Positions 1 to 10,313 of a stretch of DNA of 64,000 nt are shown here, one piece after another. Where the stretch lies: positions 1,344,001 through 1,408,000 of the forward strand of contig OY969706.1 in NCBI GenBank assembly GCA_963702095.1. Reading direction: 5' to 3'. The first letter of the stretch is position 1. The number at the start of each line of letters is the position of its first letter. Below the pieces are notes generated by a model. It searched no databases. It was not told the DNA's origin and saw only the letters and a program-made list of their open reading frames with translations. The translations under genes were made by a program, and so were the position numbers. This DNA comes from Candidatus Bathyarchaeota archaeon. Lineage in GTDB: Archaea > Thermoproteota > Bathyarchaeia > Bathyarchaeales > Bathycorpusculaceae.

Positions 1-283
1 CGATTTTTAGGTTTTCTGCGCTGACTTCGAAACCGCCGGGTGCCCTTGTGTCAGCGTGGACGGTGCCTTCTAGAGACAGCGAGGATTCGATTGTGAGTTT
101 CCCAGCTTCGCTCCAGCACGGATTGTCTTTTTTTATTGTGGATTGGATTACGCCTGTGGAGTCGCGGATTAGGATGAAGATGAGTGATTTGCCTTCACGT
201 TTGCGGTAGACCCAGCCGCGAACGGTTGCTTTTTGGTCTGTGCATTTGCCTGCCAATATTTCGCTTATTTTTACGAGCGTCAT
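1..283 (-). CDS. asnS: Asparaginyl-tRNA synthetase, N-terminal OB-fold (runs off window edge)
   Basis: Manual translation from ATG at 283: MTLVKISEILAGKCTDQKATVRGWVYRKREGKSLIFILIRDSTGVIQ...RAPGGFEV, typical of the AsnRS/AspRS anticodon-binding domain. Confidence 0.8.
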   Translation of the reverse strand, partial: MTLVKISEILAGKCTDQKATVRGWVYRKREGKSLIFILIRDSTGVIQSTIKKDNPCWSEAGKLTIESSLSLEGTVHADTRAPGGFEVSAENLKI

Positions 284-359
284 CGCGGATCAACTGTTTG
301 CAGTATATCTTGTTTCCGAACCTAAATGCATATCGATTAGGACCGCTGCAGATTTGCCG

Positions 360-1601
360 CTAAAGCTCTCTTATCTTTGGCTCAGATACCCGCCAAAACA
401 CAAAGAGGGAGAGCGGAATCATAGCAGAAGCAAACAGCAGAAAAGGCAAAGACGGTGACACATACACATAGACAAAACCCACAACAAGCTGCAGAGCCGC
501 CTGCATCAAAAACATGAAAAATTGCATGCACCCCGTAACGGTTCCACGCAAGTTCCGCGGCACCAAATCGCCCATGAGAACTAGGTAGCTGTTTAGCTGC
601 AGCAAGTTACCTAAACCAAAGAAGAAGAAGGCAAGCAGCAGCATGTTGAAATCAGCATTGACAAATATAACCATGCCAGGTATAAACAGCAGATAGCCCA
701 AAATCAAAAAGCGTTTTCTACCCAGCCTATCCATGCTGAAACCTGCAATAATTGCGGGTAAGGCGATGCTGAGGTAGCGGAAAGCCATAACCAGTGCCCA
801 CTGTTCCAAGGTGACATTTAGGATTTCGGTGGCGTAGACGACAAAGTAGGTTTGGCAACTAACTACTAACCCATTGACGAGGATGACTGAGAGAAAAAGG
901 TTAAACGCCGATTTTGGAACTTTGCGCCACACGAATATGCCTTCTTTGACGGCTTGGGGGTACTCACGTAGTATGCTGCGCAAAGAGGGCTTCTGAGCGG
1001 CGGTTGGGGGCAGGGTTTCTTTGAGTCTAAGGCGCAGTACTGCGATAGTGAAGTAGGCTATGGCGGTTAAGGTATAGGCGATACGCATGCCTAAATCAAA
1101 GTTGAAAGTGAAAACAAGGTACTGGGCGATCAGGGGTGCGGGCAGCAAAACAAGGGTGGTGATGACTGATTGGAAGCTAAAGCCTGCGCCGCGATTCTCA
1201 GGCGGGAGCGAGTCCATGACCATAGCCATCAAGGCGGGACCATAGATTGAGCAGATGTTTTGGATAAGCAATCCTATGAGTATGAAGGGCCATGATGGCG
1301 CCAAAATAAAGAACAAGCTGCCAATTGTCATCCCAAAGGTCATAGAGACAATGAGCCATCTCCTACCATGTTTGTCAGCTAAGTAGCCACCGGGAAACTG
1401 AACCAGTGCAACGGCTATGGACCCCGCAAAACCCATAACGGAGAGGAGCAGTTGGCTGGCGCCCAGATTCAGATAGAAGAGGCTGGCGTAGGTTTCTGGG
1501 ATAGGCATCGCAGAAAACATGATAACCCAGCTGATGGTTATGAGTAGGAAGTTGCCCCGTAGAACCGCTTGGTCTCCCCTGAAAAGCGCCCTTAACCCCA
1601 T
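360..1601 (-). CDS. MFS transporter
   Basis: 413 aa, ~12 hydrophobic segments, motif A GGYLADKHGRR and repeat MDRLGRK. Confidence 0.92.
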   Translation of the reverse strand: MGLRALFRGDQAVLRGNFLLITISWVIMFSAMPIPETYASLFYLNLGASQLLLSVMGFAGSIAVALVQFPGGYLADKHGRRWLIVSMTFGMTIGSLFFILAPSWPFILIGLLIQNICSIYGPALMAMVMDSLPPENRGAGFSFQSVITTLVLLPAPLIAQYLVFTFNFDLGMRIAYTLTAIAYFTIAVLRLRLKETLPPTAAQKPSLRSILREYPQAVKEGIFVWRKVPKSAFNLFLSVILVNGLVVSCQTYFVVYATEILNVTLEQWALVMAFRYLSIALPAIIAGFSMDRLGRKRFLILGYLLFIPGMVIFVNADFNMLLLAFFFFGLGNLLQLNSYLVLMGDLVPRNLRGTVTGCMQFFMFLMQAALQLVVGFVYVYVSPSLPFLLFASAMIPLSLFVFWRVSEPKIREL

Positions 1602-1729
1602 TGCAGATAAACTCAGGGCAGAATTATTTAAACAGAGTTTGTACAGAGCGGTTTCTGTGACATTGGATTATCTTTTTATCCCACAATTCTTAAATCGCCC
1701 CTGCAATGAGGTAAAGTAGACTAACGAAG

Positions 1730-3100
1730 ATGGCAAGCAAAACCGAAGGGCAATCTAAGCTTAAAGCATTAGGAATTTCAGCCGTAGCAATCTTTAGCGT
1801 TGTAATAGTTGAAGTCACCATTGGCTCAATCGTTAACAGTTTAGCCATCATCAGCGACGGCTTACATGCCCTGCTAGACGCGCTTTCATGTGTTATGCTG
1901 TTTTTTGCTGTCCGCGCCTCAATGAAGCCCCCAGACGAAGAGCACACGTATGGGCATGAGAAATTCGAAACCATAGGCGGCCTCTTAGGAGGTGTAGTGT
2001 TGATTGGGGTGGCGCTTTTAATCTTCTATGAAGCAGCGCTCCGACTGTTCTCTGGCGCTCAAATTGCCGGAGACTTTGAGTACGTCGGTTTCATCGCCAT
2101 CGCCTACGCGCTTTCTATTGCAGCCCTAAGAGTCACAGTATTTCGTCAAGCTGAGCATATGGAAAGTCAATCGATGAAAGCTGGACTCTACGATGCCATC
2201 GCCGACTTAAGCTCCACTTTGATTGCATTGCTGGGTTTTGGCTTAGCACTTTTAGGCATCAGCTATGCTGACTCTGTTGCATCCATCTTTTTGGGGGCAA
2301 TGCTGACCTATTTGAGTATTAAATTGGTCAAAAGCAGCGTGCTTGAGTTAAGCGACACCGCCTCAAAGGAAACTGTGGCTAAGGCTCGAAAGGCAATTTC
2401 CGCCTGTGAGGGCGTTGTGAAAATGGAGACCTTGAAGGTTCGCAAAGTCGGCTCCAAAGTGTTTATCGATGCCTCGGTTCAAGTCCCAAACGCACTGAGC
2501 TTAGAAGATGCCCACGCTCTGTCATCAAAAATCGAGAACTGCCTAAAAGACGCCTTGGGCAATGTTGATGCAACAATCCATGTAGAACCCTCAGACATAG
2601 AAGAAAAAATGAAAAACTTAGTCCAGAAGTTGGCAACCGTCGACGGCGTCAAAGAAGTGCATGAAATCTCTCCCAACTATGTTGGAGGCAAACTCTACAT
2701 AACTCTGCATGCGTACGCTGACCCAGATATATCGGTTGAAGAAGCTCACCGACTCGCTGATCTTATCGAACGCAGAGTGTACGCTGGAATTAAGCCGCTT
2801 GAAAACGTCACGGTTCACATTGAACCGGCAGGCGTCGCCATTCCTCTTGATCAAGAAAACGAGGCTGAGCTTCAAAGAATCGTCTATCAAGCAGCTGAAG
2901 CCGTCCGCCTGAAACTGCAAATCAGAAGAATCGTTACCTACGCGGCAAGCGGGAAACGATATATCAACATTGACTGCTGCTTCACCAAGCAAGTACCCAT
3001 CAAAGAAGCTCATCGCATGGCTTCCCAGTTGGAGAAGGAAGTTAAGGAGCGGTGTGCCAGCGCGGTCGTCACAGTACACATTGAACCTTTCTGCCAATAA
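1730..3100 (+). CDS. Cation diffusion facilitator (FieF-like) with three C-terminal dimerisation domains
   Basis: SLAIISDGLHALLD, KPPDEEHTYGHEKFE motifs; three C-terminal repeats ending TIHVEP / TVHIEP / TVHIEP. Confidence 0.92.
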   Translation: MASKTEGQSKLKALGISAVAIFSVVIVEVTIGSIVNSLAIISDGLHALLDALSCVMLFFAVRASMKPPDEEHTYGHEKFETIGGLLGGVVLIGVALLIFYEAALRLFSGAQIAGDFEYVGFIAIAYALSIAALRVTVFRQAEHMESQSMKAGLYDAIADLSSTLIALLGFGLALLGISYADSVASIFLGAMLTYLSIKLVKSSVLELSDTASKETVAKARKAISACEGVVKMETLKVRKVGSKVFIDASVQVPNALSLEDAHALSSKIENCLKDALGNVDATIHVEPSDIEEKMKNLVQKLATVDGVKEVHEISPNYVGGKLYITLHAYADPDISVEEAHRLADLIERRVYAGIKPLENVTVHIEPAGVAIPLDQENEAELQRIVYQAAEAVRLKLQIRRIVTYAASGKRYINIDCCFTKQVPIKEAHRMASQLEKEVKERCASAVVTVHIEPFCQ

Positions 3101-3111
3101 GGCGCCCAAAA

Positions 3112-3408
3112 TTAGAGTTTCATGATTTGTGCGTGGGGAACGCCTTCTATTTTGAGCACTGCGTCCGGATGTACATATCCCTCCGCGATAGCCTTCCCAA
3201 CGCACATTTCACCCACCAGATTCACGATGGTTGAGTTGCCGATTAACCCGATGGCTTCCTCAACAGTGGCTTTTCGGCCCTTGTAGAACTCGTCTTTTAT
3301 GTGGAAAACAATTTTGCCTTCACGTAGCGTCTTCCCTAACAAGTCGCAGTCGCATACCGCTAAGACAACGTTTCCGCCAACTTTTTTGACGTTAAGGTAA
3401 ACATCCAA
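3112..3408 (-). CDS. DUF424 family protein
   Basis: VLAVCDCDLLGK, FYKG, NLVG, GVPHAQ motifs; conserved archaeal neighbour of aIF-2beta. Confidence 0.85.
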   Translation of the reverse strand: MDVYLNVKKVGGNVVLAVCDCDLLGKTLREGKIVFHIKDEFYKGRKATVEEAIGLIGNSTIVNLVGEMCVGKAIAEGYVHPDAVLKIEGVPHAQIMKL

Positions 3409-3420
3409 AGCCGGATTCGC

Positions 3421-3831
3421 CTATAACTGTTTAACTGAAGACCGCGCGCCGCAAGCATTACAAACCAAAAACGTGAGGCGTTTTTCCTTCAGGATTTTTG
3501 TATCTGGACGCTTACATACTGGGCATATAACATAGCTTTCCTGGTACCTTTGCAGTAGGCGTTCAAAACTGTCCGTTCGAAATTTGCCTTGGAATATGGC
3601 GCGGGACTCATGGAATGTCGCTGCAGTTGCCATTTCGCGAGTCAAAAACTTCAGCAGATGCTGAGGATCGCGGTCGAGGGCGTCAGCAATTTCTTTAAAG
3701 TTAGAGATTACTGTGCGCATGCCGACGGTTTGAAGCATGATTCGGGGCATTTCCAAGCGCTCTTTTTTTGTTGAAACCTCGGGCATTTGCTCGCAGGCAC
3801 GTTTAAGCAGATCATCGTAGTTGAAGGTCAT
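3421..3831 (-). CDS. eif2b: Translation initiation factor aIF-2 beta subunit
   Basis: YDDLLKRA N-terminus, NFKEIADALDRDPQH, C-terminal CPVCKRPDT...CNACGA zinc ribbon. Confidence 0.95.
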   Translation of the reverse strand: MTFNYDDLLKRACEQMPEVSTKKERLEMPRIMLQTVGMRTVISNFKEIADALDRDPQHLLKFLTREMATAATFHESRAIFQGKFRTDSFERLLQRYQESYVICPVCKRPDTKILKEKRLTFLVCNACGARSSVKQL

Positions 3832-3981
3832 GTTTCCACTTCACCCAATCAAGGTCACCGCCTATATTTAAAATTACTATGAGCACCATACCCTTATGAT
3901 GGTTTTACACTTATTTTTTAGTAACTCATATAAATTCGAAAGTCACTTCGGTATGCATTATCTCCACTAGAAGGCTAACAT

Positions 3982-4950
3982 TTGACAGAGAAACAAACGC
4001 CCAGTCAAATAACAAACATCAATACCCAGATTGACAAACTCAAGGAGCAATCCCGAGAAGCAAACGCTCAGATAAAAAAATTCGTCGAGAAAAGAGATGA
4101 GCTCCACGAGAAGGTTCGAAAAACCCGCGAGGAAGTCAACCAACTTAAAGTTGAACGGGATGCTCTCAACCAGAAAGTCAAGGAACTAAAGCAGCAACGA
4201 GACGCGATCAGGGTTAATGTTACGCCAATTATGGATGAAGTGAAGGGTATCAACGATAAAATCGAAGGGTTAAAAAAGAATCTGCCAAAAGTTAGCCAAC
4301 GAGAACTCAAAAAGGAACATGACGCTATCGAATGGAAAATCTCCACTACCTCTCTTGACCTCCAAGAAGAAAAACACCTCATAGAACAAGTTAAAGAAAT
4401 CGAAATCCAACTTAGCGGTTACAAAAAAATCGATAATCAACGCAAGAAATTAAAGGACCTCTATGAACACAAAAAAACATTCGATGCACAAGCAGACGTT
4501 TACCATAAGGAATTAACCGATTTAGCCAAGAAAAGCCAAGACCTCCACGCTGTCATGATGGAGAAACTTGATGCTATGAAGAAAGACCGCGCGGAAGCCG
4601 ACGCCCTGCATCAATCGTTTGTTAACGCCAAAGAACAGAACAACGGCGTTTACGAGCAAATCCGACTGTTAATCGCTCAATCCACAGGCATCAGGGCATC
4701 CATGCGCGACCAGTATCAAACTTACCGCAGAGAAGACGAAGCCAGACGTAAAGATTTTGACGAAAAACGTAAACAACAAGACGATAAACGCAAACAGGAA
4801 CAAGCGGAACGTGCAGTCAAAGAAGCCGCGATTAAAGAAAAAATCGGTTCAGAAGCACGCGAAAAACTAAACCGCGGGGAAAAAGTCAACTGGGAAGAAT
4901 TCGCATTGATGCTTGGCGACGAAGATGACGAGGCGGAAACGCAAGCTTAA
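3982..4950 (+). CDS. Archaeal coiled-coil protein (COG1340-like)
   Basis: 322 aa K/E/Q heptad-rich, IEWKISTTSLDLQEEK and KLNRGEKVNWEEF motifs; upstream of DUF373-uppS. Confidence 0.8.
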   Translation: MTEKQTPSQITNINTQIDKLKEQSREANAQIKKFVEKRDELHEKVRKTREEVNQLKVERDALNQKVKELKQQRDAIRVNVTPIMDEVKGINDKIEGLKKNLPKVSQRELKKEHDAIEWKISTTSLDLQEEKHLIEQVKEIEIQLSGYKKIDNQRKKLKDLYEHKKTFDAQADVYHKELTDLAKKSQDLHAVMMEKLDAMKKDRAEADALHQSFVNAKEQNNGVYEQIRLLIAQSTGIRASMRDQYQTYRREDEARRKDFDEKRKQQDDKRKQEQAERAVKEAAIKEKIGSEAREKLNRGEKVNWEEFALMLGDEDDEAETQA

Positions 4951-4985
4951 AGTGATGTTGCTGCAATATTGAGATAGCGATTTCG

Positions 4986-6218
4986 ATGGCTAAACGGGAA
5001 ACGCAACAGCAGACGCAAAAGCGTATCCTCATTTTATGTGTTGACAGAGATGGCGATCTCGAGACTAAAGCAGCCATTAAAACGCCGCTTCTGGGCAGAA
5101 CCGCCAACCTAGACGGCGCAGTCGCCCTTGCACTAAAAGATCCCGAGGAACCCGACGCCAACGCCATGTTCGAAGCCGTCCGACTCTACGACCGCTTACA
5201 CGACGAGAAGACACCTGATGAAGTCTTTGAAGTCGCCACTGTATCAGGCACCGACATAGGTGGTGTAAGCGCCGACCGAAAACTCGTGGCGGAACTAAAC
5301 AGCCTCCAAGAATCGTTTGGTGCCAACGAAGTGATCTTGGTCAGCGACGGCTACTCTGACGAAGCCGTTTTGCCGCTGGTTGAGTCCCGTGTACCTGTCT
5401 CATCCGTGCGCCGCATCGTCATCAAACACAGTGAATCCATCGAGGAAACCGCTGCGGTCTTCACCAAATATGTCCGCCTCTTGGTGGATAATCCCCGATA
5501 TGCCCGCGTGGCATTGGGATTACCTGGTATATTGGTGCTTATCTTCGGTGTTCTTTGGGGCATCAACTACTTCATTCCGGGCGCCATATTCTGGTACGGC
5601 ATCGCAATCCTCATTGTGATTGGCGGGTTTCTGCTGCTTAAAGGCTTCGGCGTAGACCGCGCCACCAAAAACTTTTATCATTGGGCAAGAGACTATGATC
5701 CGCCAGCTCTCCCAATCCAAATATCCAACTATACCATCATCGCAGGTATTCTCTGCATTGCTGTGAGTGTTTATTTGGGTGTAGCAAACGTTATAAAAAA
5801 CGTGCCTTCACCGGTGGATGTAGCCGGCTGGTTAAGTGCCGCGCCCAGAATCGCCACCTTCTTCATCAAAGGCCTCGACGTCTTACTCATAGTAGGCATA
5901 TGCATCGTTCTGTTAGGCAGAAGTGTACGCCTCTACTTCGAAAGAGATTCTCGCTTGCTCCGCAACGTCGCCTTGATCGTATCGGTTGTGTGGGCTCTTT
6001 GGATACTAGAGGGAACCGCAAACATCATCTACAGTATCTTTAACCCCGCAAACGCTGGAGTACCAGTTGTAGGCTTCGAGAACCCAGACTTCGCCAACTT
6101 CATATTTACCATAGTGGTCGGTATCTTAATCGGCATAGCTTCGGTGTTACTAATTCACATCGTTAACCGTTCAACCAAGGGCTTCTTTAAGAGAGAAGAA
6201 AAAACTGAGGAACTCTAA
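4986..6218 (+). CDS. DUF373 family membrane protein
   Basis: LILCVDRDGDL, DPEEPDANAMF, VSDGYSDE motifs plus C-terminal TM helices. Confidence 0.9.
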   Translation: MAKRETQQQTQKRILILCVDRDGDLETKAAIKTPLLGRTANLDGAVALALKDPEEPDANAMFEAVRLYDRLHDEKTPDEVFEVATVSGTDIGGVSADRKLVAELNSLQESFGANEVILVSDGYSDEAVLPLVESRVPVSSVRRIVIKHSESIEETAAVFTKYVRLLVDNPRYARVALGLPGILVLIFGVLWGINYFIPGAIFWYGIAILIVIGGFLLLKGFGVDRATKNFYHWARDYDPPALPIQISNYTIIAGILCIAVSVYLGVANVIKNVPSPVDVAGWLSAAPRIATFFIKGLDVLLIVGICIVLLGRSVRLYFERDSRLLRNVALIVSVVWALWILEGTANIIYSIFNPANAGVPVVGFENPDFANFIFTIVVGILIGIASVLLIHIVNRSTKGFFKREEKTEEL

Positions 6219-6314
6219 CCCGTCTTGGGTTCGGAACTTAGGTGAGTAAGCTTTAATTGAAACCCCAAAGGTTAACCTCTACAATAGACGTCGTGCATAT
6301 GCGAGGACCATTCA

Positions 6315-7109
6315 ATGCTTGAGAAAATGCTTTCTTTTATCGGCGCTTACAGGCTTTATGAGAAATGGCTGTGGCAGCAGGTTAAGAACGGCGTAAAACC
6401 AGAGCATATCGCCATAATCTTAGACGGCAACAGAAGATGGGCAAACCAGCAGGAAACGCATCCGTTTTTGATGGGCGATAAATGGGGTCACAGCGACGGC
6501 GCCGACACGGTTGAGCAACTGCTGGATTGGTGCCACCTACTCGACGTGAAATACGTGACGCTCTACACTTTCTCAACAGAGAACTTTTCTAGGCACTCTG
6601 ATGAAGTTACCAAAATTATGCAGATTGCTGAGGAGCGGTTCCATAAACTCTTAAAAGACGAACGCATTCACCGAGACAAAATCCATGTTAAAGTCATAGG
6701 CAGAGTAAACCTCTTGCCGCAGAGCCTCCAAGACGTGATTGCGGAGCTTGAAGCGGCAACTGCAACCTATGACTGTTACTTCTGGAACTTTGCCTTCGCT
6801 TATGGCGGCAGAGCAGAAATAGTGGACGCCGCAAAAACCATCGCTAAAAAAGTACAGAACAAAGAAATAGAAATCGACGACATCACAGAGAGCACCTTTG
6901 AAAAATACCTCTACACATCACACATGAACAAGGACCCGGACATGATCATTCGCACCTCAGGCGAAGAACGCCTCAGCGGCTTTCTACTCTGGCAAGCAGC
7001 TTACAGTGAACTGCTGTTTTTAGACGTGTATTGGCCTGACTTCCGCCTAATCGACCTGCTAAGGGCAATCAGGGTTTTCCAGCATCGTAAACGCCGATTC
7101 GGCGCATAA
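6315..7109 (+). CDS. uppS: cis-prenyltransferase (undecaprenyl/polyprenyl diphosphate synthase)
   Basis: HIAIILDGNRRWA, YTFSTENF, YGGRAEI, DPDMIIRTSGEERLSGFLLWQ. Confidence 0.96.
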   Translation: MLEKMLSFIGAYRLYEKWLWQQVKNGVKPEHIAIILDGNRRWANQQETHPFLMGDKWGHSDGADTVEQLLDWCHLLDVKYVTLYTFSTENFSRHSDEVTKIMQIAEERFHKLLKDERIHRDKIHVKVIGRVNLLPQSLQDVIAELEAATATYDCYFWNFAFAYGGRAEIVDAAKTIAKKVQNKEIEIDDITESTFEKYLYTSHMNKDPDMIIRTSGEERLSGFLLWQAAYSELLFLDVYWPDFRLIDLLRAIRVFQHRKRRFGA

Positions 7110-7478
7110 ACAATTTTTCTTTCTTTATGTGGGTGTGGCGGTTTACGGGGTGCCACAAGACGGCTTGGGAAAAGTTGCATTCAACCATTGCAACGTTTTT
7201 TGGCGTCTGTTTTGGTGTAGAATACGTATTTTTCTCCACACCCTGTACATGGCTCTATGCAGGGGCAAGCCAGTGTGGATGTGAAAGCATGTATCTTTTG
7301 CTTTTTCTACGAGAATTATCGAGAAAGCAATGAACACCTAACGAGACCATCGCAAAGAATCTTCGAGAGGAGGATTGTGATTGTTGGTTACATGATACAG
7401 CCACAAAGCAGTTTATAGTCCATCTACCGATTCTTAGACTGGCTATCCAACCTTTTTTGTTCATAGAGGAAAACCGCA

Positions 7479-7706
7479 ATGAACACTTTTCTAGATTCAG
7501 TTCCTGATAAAATCAAAATCTCTTTCTTTGAGTATCAGCGTAAGGAATGGGAGAAAGTCCTTGAAACATCAGCCGAAGGTCAAAACAGTGAAAACCAGCC
7601 GGAGAGCCAACTGCACTGGGAAAACATCAGCAACTACGCACAGGCGCGAATAGAAGAAATTGATAGGCAACTGCAGCAACTAAAACTCAACATTGCACCA
7701 CGCTAA
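7479..7706 (+). CDS. Small hypothetical helical protein
   Basis: 75 aa ATG ORF with upstream GAGG and protein-like charged composition; no family recognised. Confidence 0.5.
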   Translation: MNTFLDSVPDKIKISFFEYQRKEWEKVLETSAEGQNSENQPESQLHWENISNYAQARIEEIDRQLQQLKLNIAPR

Positions 7707-7741
7707 ACCATACCTCACCCATACGTTGCCTGAAGCATTAG

Positions 7742-8374
7742 CTAACTATTTTTTTTAGCAATACATATGAAATAGTTTTGGTCGTCCCTTTCGAAGGTAA
7801 CTGTTAATCCGTTTTCCTCCATGATTTGTTTGAGGTTTTTCATGCTGGGTAAGAAGTCGTTGCTGATTTCTACGCCCCCGTTTAGGTGGACTCCGTTGAT
7901 TTTTTTTGCTGAGTCTGAATGCGCCACGGCTAAGCGTCCACCCCGCTTTAGCGCCTTTGATAATATTTTGATGGCAGAGGGCTTATCGATGAAATGGGGA
8001 AAACAGGAATAGCACACTACCAAGTCGAATTCTTGGTCGTATTTTAGGTTGTAAACATCGGCGACCAAAAATTTGGTTTTCGGATGCTTCTTTTGTGGGT
8101 ATTTTGAGCGGGCTTCTTGGATCATTTTTTCGGAATAATCTATTGCAACGACACTTCCATTCGTCAGGTACTTTTCGTAGAATGGTATCATGACTCCGGT
8201 GCCGGTGCCGATGTCTAGTATCTTGTCGCCGCCTTGGATTTTTAGCAACTCGGTGATGTATTGCACTTTTTTGGGGTCATGAATTGTGATTTGGTCCCAC
8301 ACTTTGGCTTTTTCGTTGAAGAAGTCTTTTTGTTTCGGATTTATTTTTGCTGAACTTATTTGGTTTGCCTCCAT
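7742..8374 (-). CDS. Class I SAM-dependent methyltransferase
   Basis: ILDIGTGTG motif I, AIDYSEKM, LKRGGRL; last gene of ABC operon. Confidence 0.92.
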   Translation of the reverse strand: MEANQISSAKINPKQKDFFNEKAKVWDQITIHDPKKVQYITELLKIQGGDKILDIGTGTGVMIPFYEKYLTNGSVVAIDYSEKMIQEARSKYPQKKHPKTKFLVADVYNLKYDQEFDLVVCYSCFPHFIDKPSAIKILSKALKRGGRLAVAHSDSAKKINGVHLNGGVEISNDFLPSMKNLKQIMEENGLTVTFERDDQNYFICIAKKNS

Positions 8375-8375
8375 T

Positions 8376-9131
8376 TTATAGGGGAATTACTACGGGTATA
8401 CCTCGCACGTTCTCTACGTAGGCGTCGATGTTGTATACTGCTTTTATGTTTTCAGGGGTAATGACCTCATGGTCTCCGACTGCGTAAACCATCCCTTTTT
8501 TCATGAGGATGAATTTGTCTGAGTGACGGATAGCTAAGTTGAGGTCATGAATAACCATGATTGCCGCCATATGGTTCTTTTTAACGATGTTTCGGATTAA
8601 GTGCATGATCATGTGTTGGTTGGAGAGGTCAAGGTTGCTTGTGGGCTCGTCAAGCAGAATTATTCGGGGTTGTTGAACCAGCACTCTGGCTATTTGTACC
8701 AACTGGTATTCGCCCCCGCTTATCTCATCAACATATTTTAGTGATAGTTCATCCAAACCCAGCAGATGAAGGACCCTTCCAACTAACCGCACGTCTTTTT
8801 GGGTGATATCCCAATCAAAATGCGGCCGCCTACCCAACAACACAGAATCAAACACCGTAGACTTGGAGGTCTCGCTTCTTTGCGCCACGTACCCAATATT
8901 TTTGGCGATGTCCCTTTTGCTCATCTGGTGAAGGTTCACCCCCTCCATGCACACTGCGCCAGCGTTTGGAGTGAGTACCTTGCTTATGCACTTGATCAGG
9001 GTGGTCTTTCCGACGCCGTTGGGTCCCAAGATGGCGAGTACGTCGTCTTTCTCTACGTTAAAGGAGACGCCGTTTAAGACGCGCTTGCTATGGTAGGAGA
9101 AGCAGATGCCGTCTACGGTTAAGAACGTCAT
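8376..9131 (-). CDS. Iron-chelate/cobalamin-type ABC transporter ATPase
   Basis: GPNGVGKT, ISGGE, ILLDEPTSNLD, HDLNLA. Confidence 0.95.
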   Translation of the reverse strand: MTFLTVDGICFSYHSKRVLNGVSFNVEKDDVLAILGPNGVGKTTLIKCISKVLTPNAGAVCMEGVNLHQMSKRDIAKNIGYVAQRSETSKSTVFDSVLLGRRPHFDWDITQKDVRLVGRVLHLLGLDELSLKYVDEISGGEYQLVQIARVLVQQPRIILLDEPTSNLDLSNQHMIMHLIRNIVKKNHMAAIMVIHDLNLAIRHSDKFILMKKGMVYAVGDHEVITPENIKAVYNIDAYVENVRGIPVVIPL

Positions 9132-10252
9132 TTCCGGTATCTCCTGATGAGCAGGTAAATGAATAGGGGTCCTCCGAGCATCGAGGTGATTATGCCTACG
9201 GGTATGACGGCTGGGTAGAGAATAACTTGGCCGACCCCGTCGGCTATAATTAAGATGATTGCGCCGAGGATAACGGATAAGGGGATGAGGTAGCGGTGGT
9301 CACTGCCAATTATCATCCGTGCGATGTGGGGTCCAAGCAAACCGATGAATGCGATGATGCCGAAGAAGGAGACAATAACTGCGGACAAAACTGAGGTTAG
9401 TAGCATGCCTATGATTCTTTCTCGCTCCGTGTTGACGCCTAACCCTTTTGCTGTGTCTTCTCCTGCATCGAGGGCGTTATAGTCCCATCTCTTATAGAAG
9501 AAGTAAAGGACCACGGGCAGAAACACCAAGAGAATCAGGGAGTTCCAGGACCAAGTTGCTTTGCCCAAGTCACCGAAAGTCCAAGATACAATATTGCCTA
9601 ACTGGGAGTCGGTGGCTATGTACTGCATGAAGGATAACCCTGCAGTGAACATGACGCTGATAGCTACCCCTGCAAGTATCATTGTTTCTGCGCTGACACG
9701 GGTGACTTTGGTAAGAAGCAGTATGGAGCCGGTTGCCAGTAGAGAGAACAAAAACGCGCAGACCGTCGTAATGTAGGGGTTGTTGATGGAGACTATGTTG
9801 GTTAGGCTGCTGCCCGCACCTAGAAAGATTATGGCGAAGGAGGCGCCGAAGGCTGAAGCGCTAGAAATACCCAAGGTGAAAGGAGACGCAAGAGGATTGC
9901 GCAGTATGCACTGCATTACCACTCCTGCGACGGCTAAGCCTGCACCAGCTGCTAAAGCACCCACAATTCTGACCATGCGAATGTTCCAGATGGTGCCGCC
10001 CATTCCAGAAGTGTCAAAGGTGAAAAGGTACTTTATGACGTCGACAAACGAGATTTTAATCGGGCCATTCTGGGCGGCAATGATTACACAAACAACCAGC
10101 ACAAGGACGCCGACTAAGAGGAGCAGGCGTTTTCGTTTTACGAAGCCTTTGTAAACCTTTGAAATTTGGTTGCTTTCTTCTTCGTCGTCTTCGTATATGT
10201 TGAAAGCTTCTTTTTCGTCTGGATGATGATGGGTAATCTGTTGCTTTGCCGT
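9128..10252 (-). CDS. FecCD/BtuC-family ABC permease (start uncertain)
   Basis: RNPLASPFTLGIS, LGV, FIGLLGPHIAR, PVGIITSMLGGP; frame stays open upstream of the listed 10102 start to an ACG at 10252 behind a GGTG SD-like site. Confidence 0.9.
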   Translation of the reverse strand, partial: TAKQQITHHHPDEKEAFNIYEDDEEESNQISKVYKGFVKRKRLLLLVGVLVLVVCVIIAAQNGPIKISFVDVIKYLFTFDTSGMGGTIWNIRMVRIVGALAAGAGLAVAGVVMQCILRNPLASPFTLGISSASAFGASFAIIFLGAGSSLTNIVSINNPYITTVCAFLFSLLATGSILLLTKVTRVSAETMILAGVAISVMFTAGLSFMQYIATDSQLGNIVSWTFGDLGKATWSWNSLILLVFLPVVLYFFYKRWDYNALDAGEDTAKGLGVNTERERIIGMLLTSVLSAVIVSFFGIIAFIGLLGPHIARMIIGSDHRYLIPLSVILGAIILIIADGVGQVILYPAVIPVGIITSMLGGPLFIYLLIRRYRK

Positions 10253-10313
10253 TCCTTTTACACCGCCAATAAAGAAAAAAGATTGGAAGAAGAGGTTTAT
10301 TAACGAATCACAG

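Noticed and set aside
7127-7479. Several overlapping short ORFs after uppS
   Set aside because: None has a recognisable motif or convincing start; a Cys-containing minus-strand frame lacks a start codon
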